64,000 nucleotides of DNA from Camelus dromedarius (Eukaryota). This document shows, in pieces, positions 41,243 through 53,799 of this stretch. Location of the stretch: the NCBI RefSeq assembly GCF_036321535.1, contig NC_087437.1, positions 84,818,001 through 84,882,000 on the forward strand. The letters run 5' to 3'. Numbering within the stretch: position 1 is the stretch's first letter; the number at the start of each line of letters is the position of its first letter. The position numbers and the translations under genes are program-made. Below the pieces are notes generated by a model that saw nothing but the letters and a program-made list of their open reading frames with translations, did no database searches and had not been told where the DNA came from.

Positions 41243-41645
41243 TGTTATGGATTCAATTTACCTCAAAAAGATGTAAAGTCCTAGCTCCTATTAACTGTGA
41301 ATGTGACATTATTTGGAAATAGGGCTTTTGCAAATGGTCAAGTTAAACTGAGGCCATTATGGTGGGCTCTAATTTAATATGAATGTGTCCTTGTGGAAAA
41401 GGAAGATTTATGCTCAGAGGGAGAACACCATGTGAACATGAAGGTAGATATTGGACTGATACATTAACAAGCCGAGGAGTGCAAATAATTGCCGACATAG
41501 CACCAGAAGCTAGCAGAGGGGCATGGATAGACTCAGAAGGACCCAACCCTGTTGACTGATCTCAGACTTCTAAGACTCCAGAATTGTGAGACAATAAATT
41601 TCTGTTCAGTCCTTGATACTTTGTTAGAACAATTCAAAAAAACTC
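41243..41645 (+). mobile_element. MaLR LTR (MLT1B/C-like)
   Basis: tgttatggatt.., ctgtgaatgtgacattatttggaaataggg, caccagaagctag, ctccagaattgtgagacaataaatttctgtt. Confidence 0.9.
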
Positions 41646-43359
41646 ATACAAATATGCTGAGCTCTTTTGCTTGAATTAAGACATATACTACATGTAAATG
41701 CATCTGATGAAAAATATAAATGTAATTCATTAATACATTTTGTCCAATATGACAAAGCCTTTTTTTGCCTAGGAGCCTAAAAATAAAAACACTGTATTTG
41801 AAAGTAAAATACATTTTAAAAATCAAGTAACAACTAAAGTTAGATATAAAAGTCTTACTTAAATTAAATTTCTATTTGTTTCTTTGATGTTAGAAATTGA
41901 ACACGTTTATGAATCTAATGTAAATGTTTTAATTTACTGAAATGTGGCAAAGAGTTAGTTGTGTAAAGTTTTCTAACTAGATTTGGTCTTCACAACTAGA
42001 TTTGGTCTTTTCCAAGTATCTAATTTTCAAAGAGATTCTACAATAATGACCAGATGCACAGAAACAGTAGCTCATTAAAAAATACACTCAATACCAATAA
42101 ACAGCTATGCTTCTAGGAATCATTTTAAAAACAGAAGAGTAGTTTTAGAAGAAACTGGATTTTCATTTGGACCTACGCTATTTTTTCTTAAAGCCCAGAA
42201 CAATGCTTGTTTTCATACCTAAATTGAATTTGGAAAAATCCAAGCTACTTTCCAACAGTGAGCCTTAGGGAAGCGACTTCCTCCCTGGTCTAGAAGTTCT
42301 TAAAAGAAAATTCCTTTTACTGTTATTTTCTGTGAGATATTACTACCAATATTTGATCAACTGTATAAGAATCTGTGCATTAAGAACTATTTCAAGACTT
42401 TTCTGAGAATAATGTTGAATGGAGAAATATAGTATCAAAAGTACTAAGCAAATGTGACTAAAATATGTAATTCATTTGTTTTCATATTATGGAAATAATG
42501 GTCTAAAATCATAAGGATGATGTCAACTTCATTTAAGTCTCATAGAAAAAAAATTGTGGTTTTCATACCCTTCTTTGACATTAAGTCAATTGTTCTATAG
42601 AGAATCCCACTTATTTTAATTACAAATGCCCATTTTCTGTCTGAAACACTGAACGCACATTCAATTTGTTTTAATATCATAGAAAAAATTTATATTACTT
42701 GATCACGTAGATAATAATTACTTGATCACTTAGAAAAATACTTAGACCTTATATTCCTGGCCCCAGTGAATATTTTAAAACTTAATCAATAACAGCAATA
42801 GTTTTTTTTTACCTCTGATCCAAAGCTTCTCAATTGCTACCTTTTAAGATCTTTTTTTAAACTGATGAAAAAGCATTTTAATTTTTCTACACTTATTACT
42901 AAAAATACATCTTATTTCCATACATACTGCATAAAAGTAGATTTTTTTTTCTCATTTCATTGTCACAAAAATTGTAGAAGTCAATGAAAAGCTCAAAAAT
43001 GCCAGGCCTATATGGAAAAATTCCGAAAAGGTACAGTTTATGAAAACAGCCTCTTAAAATATTCTGTGTTCTGTTTCTGTCTCCTGTCTTCCTGCTTCTC
43101 TCTCTGACTCTCTCATCCCAAGGGATACAAACTTCATCTTAGGTTGTTTGCTAGTTTTTCCAAGATTAAAAAATGCTGTTGCCTCTATAAATACTTCTTA
43201 TTTATGAAGTAGACAGACATGACTAAATACTAATAGAAATATCTTCTCTTGTTTTGTGGCTCTGTTTTTGTACTGGAAAACATGTGCCCCACTAGAATTT
43301 AAGAAATCAAAGTATGATATTTAAACTAGCTTTAGATCATATAGAATAAATTCATAAAA

Positions 43360-43735
43360 TATAACGTTTTAGTCAATATAGGTTAAGTTATGCGATAGTA
43401 AAATAACTCCATATCAGTGGCTCTACAAACAGACATCTATCCTCTATTCACATAAAGTTTGGAACAGGTCCAAGTGATTCTCTAGGGCCATTGTGCTCCA
43501 TGATCCCACTTGCTTTAATCTTCAAATTCAAAACCTCAACACAAAATGCTTTTCTCAGTGCCACAAGACAATGACAGAGCTCTGTAGTATTTCACATTGG
43601 CAATAAGATGCTTTGGCCAGAAATGACCACATGCCTAATGGTCATCATTCATGAACCAGGTATAAAGCCCCAATTAAATCAAAAGGGTAAGGAGATATGC
43701 TTGGAAAAAGAGATTTTGCTTGGACAAGGGAGATC
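43360..43735 (-). mobile_element. Old MLT1K-like LTR relic
   Basis: tagtcaatataggttaagttatgc..taactccatatcagtggct, tgctttggccagaaatgac. Confidence 0.55.
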
Positions 43736-43875
43736 TTCATAAAAAATCATATTATTATTTCAGCTTCACAAGTGAAGGAAAGTAGAATTAGAAGACTTAA
43801 TAACCTATTCAAGTTTGGACAGTGACTTAATGAAAGATAATTTCTAAAAATTTTTTTCAAAACAAATTTTTCTTT

Positions 43876-46800
43876 TTTTTTCTTTTTTTTTAACATTTTT
43901 TATTGATTTATAATCATTTTACAATGTTGTGTCAAATTCCAGTGTTCAGCACAATTTTTCAGTTATTCATGGACATATACACACTCATTGTCACATTTTT
44001 ATCTCTGTGAGTTTTCATAACATTTTGTGTATATTTCCCTGTGCTATACAGTGTAGTCTATTCTACAATTTTGAAATCCCAGTCTATCCCTTCCCACCCT
44101 CCACCCCCCTGGCAACCACAAGTCTGTATTCTCTGTCTGTGAGTCTATTTCTGTCTGTTTTTGTTTGTTTGTTTGTTTTTGTTTTTGTTTTTGTTTTTTA
44201 GATTCCACATATGAGCGATCTCATATGGTATTTTTCTTTCTCTTTCTGGCTTACTTCACTTAGAATGACATTCTCCAGGAGCATCCATGTTGCTGCAAAT
44301 GGCATTATGTTGTCGGTTTTTATGGCTGAGTAGTATTCCATTGTATAAATATATCACCTCTTCTTTATCCAGTCACCTGTTGATGGACATTTAGGCTGTT
44401 TCCATGTTTTGGCTATTGTAAATAGTGCTGCTATGAACATTGGGGTGCAGGTGTCATCCTGAAGTAGATTTCCTTCTGGACACAAGCCCAGGAGTGGGAT
44501 TCCTGGGTCATATGGTAAGTCTATTCCTAGTCTTTTGAGGAATCTCCACACTGTTTTCCATAGTGGCTGCACCAAACTGCATTCCCACCAGCAGTGTAGG
44601 AGGGTTCCCCTTTCTCCACAGCCTCTCCAGCATTTGTCATTTGTGGATTTTTGAATGACGGCCATTCTGACTGGTGTGAGGTGATACCTCATTGTAGTTT
44701 TGATTTGCATTTCTCTGATAATTAGTGATATTGAGCATTCTTTCATGTGCTTTTTGATCATTTGTATGTCTTCCTTGGAGAATTGCTTGTTTAGGTCTTC
44801 TGCCCATTTTTGGATTGGGTTGTTTATTTTTTTCTTATTGAGTCATATGAGCTGCTTATATATTCTGGAGATCAAGCCTTTGTCGGTTTCACTTGCAAAA
44901 ATTTTCTCCCATTCCGTAGGTTTTCTTCTTGTTTTATTTCTGGTTTCCTTTGCTGTGCAGAAGCTTGTAAGTTTCATTAGGTCCCATTTGTTTATTCTTG
45001 CTTTTATTTCTTCTAGGAGAAAATTTTTTAAATGTATGTCAGATAATGTTTTGCCTATGTTTTCCTCTAGGAGGTTTATTGTATCTTGTCTTATGTTTAA
45101 GTCTTTAATCCATTTTGAGTTGATTTTTGTATATGGTGTAAGGGAATGTTCTAGCTTCATTGTTTTACATGCTGCTGTCCAGTTTTCCCAACACCATTTG
45201 CTGAAGAGACTGTCTTTATTCCAATGTATATTCTTGCCTCCTTTGTCAAAGATGAGTTGACCAAAAGTTTGTGAGTTCATTTCTGGGCTCTCTATTCTGT
45301 TCCATTGGTCTATATGTCTGTTTTGGTACCAATACCATGCTGTCTTGATGACTGTAGCTCTATAGTATTGTCTGAAGTCTGGGAGAGTTATTCCTCCAGC
45401 CTCTTTCTTTCTCTTCAGTAATGCTTTGGCTATTCTAGGGCTTTGATGGTTCCATATGAATTTTATTATGATTTTTTCTAGTTCTGTGAAATATGTCCTG
45501 GGTAATTGGATAGGGATTGCATTAAATCTGTAGATTGCCTTGGGCAGTGTGACCATTTTAACAATATTGATTCTTCCAATCCAAGAGCATGGAATATCTT
45601 CCCATTTTTTAAAGTCTTCTTTAATTTCCTTCATCAATGGTTTATAGTTTTCTAAAAAATAGGATATACATTCTTTTCAAGTGCACATGGAACATTTTCT
45701 AGAATCGATCATGTACTTGGGCACAAAAGAAACCTCAACAATTTTAAGAAGATAGAAATTATCTCAAGCATCTTTACTGACCACAATGCCATGAAACTGG
45801 AAATCAACAACAGAGAAACAAAGGAGAAAAAAAGGAAAGCATGGAGATTAAACAATATGTTATTGAAAAAACAATGGATCAATGAGGAAATCAAAGCTGA
45901 AATTAAAAAATACCTTGAGACAAATGATAATGAAAGCACAACCACTCAAAACCTATGGGACACAGCAAAGGCAGTGCTAAGAGGGAAGTTTATAGCGATA
46001 CAGGCCTTCCTCAAAAAAGAAGAACAATCTCAAATAAACAATTTAACCCACCACCTGAATAAATTAGAAAAAGAAGAACAAAAAGCCCCAAAAAGCAGCA
46101 GAAGGAAGGAAATAATAAATATCAGAGAGGAATTAAATACAATAGAGATTAACAAGACCATAGGAAAAATCAACCAAACCAAAAGCTGGTTTTTTGAAAA
46201 AGTAAATAAAATCGATAAACCTCTGGCCAAACTCACAAAGAAGAAAAAAGAGAGAGCACAAATTAGCGAAATAAGAAAGGAAAATGGAGAAATTACAACA
46301 AACAAAATAGAAATACAGAATATCATACGAGAATATTATGAAAAACTATATGGAACCAAACTGGATAACCTAGAGGAGATGGACAAGTTTCTGGAAACAT
46401 ACTGTCCACCAAAACTGAATCAAGAAGAATCTGAACACTTGAACAATCCGATCACTAGAAAGGAAATAGAAATAGCAATTAAAAACCTCCCTACAAATAA
46501 AAGTCCAAGACCGGACGGCTTCACCGGGGAATTCTACCAAACATACAAAGAACTCATACGAGTCCTTCTCAAACTCTTCCAGATGATTGAAAAGGAGGGA
46601 ATACTCCCAAACTCATTCTATGAAGCCACCATCACCCTGATACCAAAACCAGGCAAAGACACTACAAAAAAAGAGAATTATAGGCCAATATCACTGATGA
46701 ACATAGACGCCAAAATCCTCACCAAAATTTTAGCAAATAGAATCCAACAACACATAAAAAAGATTATACATCATGACCAAGTGGGGTTCATCCCAGGGAC

Positions 46801-47425
46801 ACAAGGCTGGTTCAACATACGCAAATCAATCAGTGTAATACATCACATCAACAAGAGAAAGGACAAAAACCACATGATCATCTCAATCGATGCAGAAAAA
46901 GCATTTGATAAAATTCAACACCCATTTATGATAAAAACTCTCGCCAAAGTGGGTATAGAGGGAACATATCTCAACATAATAAAAGCTATATATGACAAAC
47001 CTACAGCCAGCATAGTACTCAACGGTGAAAAACTCAAAAGCTTCCCACTAAAATCTGGGACAAGACAAGGATGCCCACTATCACCACTCCTATTCAACAT
47101 AGTCCTGGAAGTCCTAGCCACAGCAGTCAGGCAAGAGAAAGAAATAAAAGGGATCCAAATTGGAAAAGAAGAGATAAAAGTGTCATTATATGCTGATGAC
47201 ATGTTACTATATATAGAAAACCCTAAAAGGTCCACACAAAAGCTACTAGAGCTGATTGAAGAATTCAGCAAGGTAGCAGGTTACAAAATTAACGTTCAAA
47301 AATCAGTTGCATTTCTTTACACTAACGATAAATCAACAGAAGAAGAAAGTAAAGAAACAATCCCCTTTAAAATAGCACCCAAAGTCATAAAATATCTGGG
47401 AATAAATCTAACCAAGGAGGTGAAA
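43876..47425. mobile_element. Young 5'-truncated, 5'-inverted (twin-primed) L1 with perfect 17-bp TSD
   Basis: TSD aaaacaaatttttcttt at 43859-43875 and 47423-47439; T tail from ~43876; minus arm 3' UTR to [13 protein letters not shown] (~45652); plus arm 45654-47425 from EN C-terminus to GINLTKEVK. Confidence 0.97.
44225..45652 (-). pseudogene. L1 ORF2 C-terminal part with two in-frame TGA stops
   Basis: [14 protein letters not shown]..., [18 protein letters not shown] (CCHC region); stops at 44843-44845 and 44354-44356 with the frame otherwise preserved. Confidence 0.92.
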
Positions 47426-47491
47426 ACAAATTTTTCTTTAAGTGTAGTTGATTTACAATGTTATGTTAGTTTTGAGTGTACAACAAAATGA
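45656..47491 (+). pseudogene. L1 ORF2 fragment (end of endonuclease, Z region, reverse transcriptase); open frame with ATG at 45791
   Basis: [65 protein letters not shown] at 47189-47200; about the last 20 codons read through the TSD into the flank. Confidence 0.95.
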
Positions 47492-48856
47492 TTCAGTTAT
47501 ACATAGATAATGCATATTCTTTTTGAAATTATTTTCCATTATAGATAATTACAAGTGATTAAATATAGTTCTCTGTGCTATACATTAGGTCCTTGTTGTT
47601 TATCTGTTTTATATATAGTAGTGTGCATATATTAATCCCAGACTTCTAAGTTATCCCTCCCTCTCCCTTTCCACTATGGTACCATATGTTTGTTTTCTAT
47701 GTCTGTCAGTCTATTTCTGGTTTGTAGATAAGTTCATTTGTATACTTTTTTCTTTTTAGATTCCACATATACGTGATATTATATGATGTTTGTCTTTGTC
47801 TTGCTTCCCTTAATATGATAATCTCTAGGTCCATCCATGTTGCTGCAAATGGCATTATTTCATTCTTTGTATGGCTAAGTAATATTCCATCATATACATA
47901 CATATATGCCACCATATGTGTGTGTGTGTGTGTGTGTGTGTATGCTACATTTTCTTTATCCAAATATCTGTCAGTGGACATTTGTTTCCATGTCTTAGCT
48001 ACTGTAAACAGTGCTGCTATGAACATTGGGGTGCATGTATATTTTAGAATTAGAATTTTCTCCTGATGTGCACCTAGGAGTAGGATTGCTGGATCATATG
48101 ATAACTCTTTTTTTAGCTTTTTAAGGAATCTCCATACTGTTTTCCATAGTGGCTGCACCAGTTTACATTTCCACCAACAGTGTAGGAGGGTTCCCTTTTC
48201 TTCACACCCTCTTTGGCACTTATTATTTGTAGACTTGTTAATGACGGCCATTCTGACTGGTGTGAGGTGAGCCCTCTTTGAAGTTTTTATTTGCATTTCT
48301 CTAATAATTGTGATATTGAGCATCTTTCCATGTGCCTGTTGTCCATCTGTATGTCTTCTTTGGAGAAATGTCTATTTAGGTCTTCTGACTATTTTTCTAT
48401 TGAGTTGTTTCTTTTTTTGATATTAGCTGTATGAGCTGTTCCTATGTTTTGGAATTTTACCCCATTGGTTGCATCATTTGCAAATATTTTCTTCCATTCC
48501 ATAGGTTGTCTTTTCCTTTTGTTTATGGGTTCCTTTGCTTTGCAAAAGCTTTTAAGTTCAGTTAGGTCTCATTTGTTTATTTTTGCTTTTATTCCCATTA
48601 CTCTCGGAGACAGATCCAAAAAATATTGCTGAGATTCATGTCAAAGACCTATGTTTTCCTCTAGGAATTTTGTAGTATTTGGTCTTACATGCAGGACTTT
48701 AATCCATTTTAACTTTATTTTTGTAAATGTTATAGGTAATGTTCTGGTTGCATTCTTTTATATGTAGCTGTAGTTTTCCCAGTGATTTCCCAACCACTTA
48801 TTGAAGATATTGTCTCTTCTCCATTGTGTAATCTTTCCCCTTTGTCATAGATTAAA
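47440..48856 (-). mobile_element. Older L1 3' fragment whose tail was the target of the young L1
   Basis: aagtgtagttgatttacaatgtt 3' terminus; [40 protein letters not shown]; contains (TG)n at ~47917-47940. Confidence 0.93.
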
Positions 48857-49084
48857 TACAGATGTGTTTTAGAATGTATTCTGAGTTGCACCATTTCAGT
48901 ACAGCAACTGTATCCATACTAGTTTCTAGCTACTTATTAAGTTCTTGAAAGTATTTAAGGTATTTTGGTGATGTGATTCCTGCATTTTCTCTGTTCTCTT
49001 TTTTTAGAACTCCTTTTATGTTGATATCAATATATTTGTTTGTTTACTTGTTACGATGGATACTTTTATTTATCTCTTTCCCCC

Positions 49085-49450
49085 AGATCATTGGCTGTTC
49101 TGCTAAACTACATTTCTAGTCTTCCTTGATTCTAGGTGTGGCTGTGGCATAAGAATTTGTCAATGAAATACGAGCAGAAGAAACGTCTAAACTTGTGGTT
49201 TCACTTGTTTGAAAGATGTTCACCATGGGCTTTCTTTCACCTATGATGACTAGAAATGACAAGCAGCCTTGACAACCACATATTTAGAATGAGAATGTTA
49301 CTCTGCCACTTGTGGTTCCCTTGATGAGTTTTTGGAGCTAAATCTAGTACACGCTATTGATTGTTACATAAAATAAACATCTTACTTGTCTGAAATACTA
49401 AATTTTGTTATTTCTTTGTTACTATAGATAGGATTCTACTTTAACCAGTA
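49085..49450 (+). mobile_element. MLT1H/I/J-like LTR relic
   Basis: ctacatttctagtcttccttga..aggtgtggctgtg, aatgaaatacgagcagaag, aaataaacatctta. Confidence 0.6.
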
Positions 49451-49519
49451 ATATGTTTACAAATTCTGGGGATTAGGACATTATTCTGCCTATCATAACA
49501 TTATTCAGTCAAACACTGA

Positions 49520-50052
49520 TCTGTATAATGCTGTAAGTGAACTTTCTGGATGAAATTAAGGCTAATAATCAGCTGGCCATAAAATAAGGATATAATATTG
49601 GATTATCCTGAGTATTGCTAAACTTACCTTTTTATGTAAACATGTTATTTTATATAGCAAAGGGAATTTTGCAGGTGTGATTAAATTAAGGATATTGAGA
49701 AAGGAAGGTTATAGTAGATTATCTGGGTGGGCTGAGTATAATAAGAGGCCTTGTATTTCAAAGAAGAAGCAGAGGATCAGAGTCAGGAAGAGAACTGAAG
49801 ATGTTACACTGCTAGCTTTGAAGAAGGGGCCTCAAACAATTCAGTGCAGGGGGCCTTGGGAAGCTGGAAAAGAGAAGGGAAGGACTCCTAGAATCTCCAA
49901 AAGGAAGGTCAACACCAGCCAGAGCCTTGCTTTAGTGCAATGCAACCCATTTCAAACATCTTACCTCCAGAACTAGAAAGTAATAAATTTGTGTTTTTTA
50001 AAAGCCACCAAAGGTGTGGTAATATGTTACAACAGCAACAGGAAAGTAACAT
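49520..50052 (+). mobile_element. MaLR LTR (MLT1D/E-like)
   Basis: gcaaagggaattttgcaggtgtgattaaattaagga, gattatctgggtggg, cctccagaact..taataaatttgtg..aagccacc..ttacaacagcaacaggaaa. Confidence 0.88.
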
Positions 50053-50520
50053 AAATATCTTTAAAGTTCTGTCTCTGGAATGAGCTTTCTTGAATTCATT
50101 CGTGGTCCCAGTGATCTATTCTCTGCAGATAATCCAATGTAAAGCAAAGCAAACAAAATAAATCTGGTTATTGATTGCTGATTTTTACACTGCCCATTAA
50201 GCAATATTTATATATGTGATTTTACATAATAGACATCAAATAATTTATCTTCATTTACTCATGTTCTCCTAAGACTAGTGGGAAATACACACACACAGAT
50301 ACATTTCAAAGATAATATATAGAGAGAGTTTATTTTTGACAGAGAATTATTTATGACAGAAATACTTAAGAATAGATTTAAGTTCAGAGCTGGCTCCCTG
50401 ATAAAGTCTTTCTTAAAAATAATTCAGAGGAAGTCACTGTATCAATGAAAGGCAATCTTCCTCTTATTTGAACAAGGTAGTTGAGTACAGTTTTTCAAAA
50501 TCCACAAGAGTTATGTATCA

Positions 50521-50908
50521 ATTAAGTTCTTGTCAGTTGCATCATTTGCAAATGTTTTCTCCCATTTCATAGGTTGCCATTTTGTTTTGCTTATGGTTTC
50601 CTTTGCTGTGAAAAAGCCTGTAAGTTTAATTAGGTCCCATTTGTATATTTTTGCTTTCATTTTAACTGCCTGGCTAGACTGCCCTAGGAGAGCATTGCTA
50701 ATATTTATGTCTGAAAATATTTTGCCTATGTTTTCTTCTAAAAGGTTTATAGTGTCTTGTCTTATGTTTAAGTCTTTAAGCCTTTTTGAGTTTATTTTTG
50801 TGTATGATATGAGGGAGTGTTCTGACTTCATTAATTTACATGCAGCTATGCAGTTTTCCTAAGAATATACAATGGAATAAAAATCTCTTCAGCAAGTGAT
50901 GTTGGGAA
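50521..50908. mobile_element. Short internal L1 ORF2 piece (minus, 50521-50860) with a ~48-bp inverted 5' segment (plus, 50861-50908); no 3' UTR or poly(A)
   Basis: Minus reads [44 protein letters not shown]; plus piece aagaatatacaatgg..ctcttcagcaagtgatgttgggaa is the immediately upstream L1 sequence. Confidence 0.88.
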
Positions 50909-51229
50909 TGTTGCATGTATTTATAAGTAGTATTGAATAAAAATTATTCTAAACACTGCCTAGGTGGTTTGCCTAGAAAAATTATATTAGTTGTTGTTGT
51001 CCCACTAAATTTATGATTTATAAATCATAATTTACATACATACAAGCTACCTATTATCTATTTCACCAAACCCCATGTCTAAGTGTTAAACTAGAAAGTT
51101 ATGGAAAAATGAATCAATAAATTTCCATGCAATTTGTATTATATAACTCTGATGGCAGTGCCATTTTCCAGCTATATGTGTTTTGAAAACCAATTTTAAT
51201 TATTTTTTGCTTGTTTATTTTAATAAAGA

Positions 51230-51815
51230 ATTTATTTTTTAAGGAAATTTTATATTCACAGCAAAATTGAGCAGAAAGTACAGAGTTCCCATAAACCCTC
51301 TCTCCCTACACATGCAAAGCCTCCCCCACCATGAACATTTAGACCAGAGAGGAACATTTGTTACAAGAAATGAACCAACATTGACACCAACTGTTACCAC
51401 CCAAAGTCTGTAATTTACAGTAGGGTTCACTCTAGGTTTTGTACATTCTATGGTTTTAAACAAATGCATAATGACGTGTATCCATCATTATAATCATACT
51501 GAATAGATTCACTGAATAGATTCACTGTTTTAAACAAATGCATATGGTTTTAAACAAATACATAATGATGTGTATCCATCATTATAGTCATACTGAATAG
51601 ATTCACTGCCTTAAGAAATCCTTGAACGTGACTTATTCATCCCTCCTTCTCTCTGAAACTACCAACCACTAATCTTTTTACTGTTTCTATAGTTCTACCT
51701 TTACTAATGGATCAGTGTTTATATAGTTGGAATCCTTTTAAGATAAGCTTCTTTCATTTGCATTTAAGGTTCCTCAATGTCCTTACTTGGCTTGATAGCT
51801 CAAATCTTTTTAGTG
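51230..51815 (-). mobile_element. L1MB/MC-type 3' end with internal complex duplication
   Basis: ttcacagcaaaattgagcagaaagtacagagttccca, tagggttcactct, tgcatttaaggttcctc, cttgatagctca. Confidence 0.88.
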
Positions 51816-53799
51816 GACAGAGACACCAGAGTAAACACTAGGACTTTTATTAAATTTCTGTAAGACGTAAAGTAATCTACTTGTTACCTTTATCAATTTT
51901 AAATTCTTTCTATATTTGCCTTTGCTTAATGATATCCTGTTAAGGATGTTAATAATAAAATTTTAAGTCATGTTATGAATGTTTGATTTTAGATTTGACT
52001 GGCAAGTGAGATCATAATGTAGTAGATATTTCATATTTTAAATCATCTGCTTATGTCTTTTAGTAATATAAACACATTGCTTGTATAAAATTTTCTCATT
52101 TAAATCATTTTTTTGCATTATCATGTGGATTGCTACTCTGCAAGTTCTCGATTGTCCTGCTTTAAAATTGTCCTTGAAACATAACAGATAGAATATTTTA
52201 GAATAATATTGTGTTGTCTAATAAGCCTTAACTCCACTTTGGCATTTTAACTTTTATTATGTGTACCAAAGTTTCACAAATAATATTATGGTTATATTTT
52301 CTAGAAATATTTTGTGTTCTCCAGATGTTATTTAACATCTTATTTTGGATAAGACGTGTTATAGACTGTGTGCATCTTAATCTTTTGAAGGGCTCATTTG
52401 AACTTTTAAAATAAAGAATTATTAATATCAACTTCCTTAACCCTAGTTCATGTTCTATAATATTATATGACTATTTTTAACAACATAATTGTTGAACCTA
52501 AAATAATTTAATGCATATGAATTCATCTTCCAAACAACCATTTGTGATAGATTATGTATGAATTGTTATATTTTGCTGCTAAACACAAGCGGTAAATGAA
52601 TAAGTTAATTACTGTTATATAATCAAGCATTCTCCTTCAATATCAATGACTGTGGTTGGATAGTTTTATTTCAGGGTATTAACCATCTGATACATCTCAT
52701 CTGAAAGAAGGGAGAAACTTTTTCTTTTCCATGAAAATATTAGGAAGAATCTGAAAACAATGAAGTTTTTCACCCTAGGCCCAGTTATTTGCAATCTATT
52801 TACAGTTCAGTCTTTGTAAATCCTCAGAAATTGATATATAGCATCTATTTAATGAGTATTTGTTAATGTAAAAGGGACCAGCTTAGCTCTTGATTGCAAA
52901 TGTTATCTTAATTAAATTGGTGTTCTTGTACTACATGTGCCTAGGGGCCTGGGAAATAGATGAGTTCTGTAATTCAAAATATTAATAATGCCATGAATTT
53001 TAGTCTAGCAAATGTCTCTGGATCCCCAGATACAGAAAGAACTATCTTACAATGGTCTGTGTTGTCATTAGGGTGCATTTTCCCATTGATTGCCAACTTT
53101 CTGGACATTGCTCACAGTTGTACTAATCTTTAACTTTCACAATAATTATAATCAAATGTTTCTTATGGCATTGAAGTAATATAAAATATATTTTACTATA
53201 AATGAGGTGAATACATATGTATTTATGTGTGTTTATAAATGTACATATAGATACATATCGTAATTACTTCTCAAAGATTTACACATTTCAACATATTTAA
53301 ATTCTCAGGAGGAATGTAGAGTATAGCTTTTAATTTTTAAAATGGATTTTGGGTTAAAACAATCCTTGAAGGTACTTGGTTTTCAAATAAATATGGATAT
53401 TTATTCTTTCTAATGAATTTCTTCTTTTCTCTTTACATAAACATTTCATTTACTTCATTCACCCAGGTGCTAGGGGATTTTTAGTTTTATATTTCAGTGT
53501 CAAAAATTTTAAATGTAATGATTTCAAGATAAGAGTGCTTTTATTATTTATGTACATGGTATTACTGGGCTATAGATATTAGTAATCTGTTGGATTACTA
53601 AATTATAAAGAACTCTAAACAAAAGAACACTTACAGACATTGTGACTAGGTATATGTCTATTGCACCTGCAATATGCATGTAGATACACATATTAGTCCT
53701 CTCTTTTCCATGAAATCTAATCATCAGTAAGTTTACATAATGTGTTCTTTAAGACTGTATATAAATGAATATGAGTTTAAATTTCAGGTCATATATCAC

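Noticed and set aside
44700..47271. Antisense ORFs of 186, 78, 98 and 118 aa
   Set aside because: Standard shadow ORFs on the opposite strand of L1 ORF2.
45791..47491. Novel reverse transcriptase system (retron, DGR or domesticated RT)
   Set aside because: Motifs, TSD, tail and the contiguous inverted arm fully explain it as LINE-1 ORF2.
51450..51608. CRISPR-like repeat-spacer pattern
   Set aside because: Eukaryotic context; the apparent spacers are copies of the repeat itself, and there are no cas genes.
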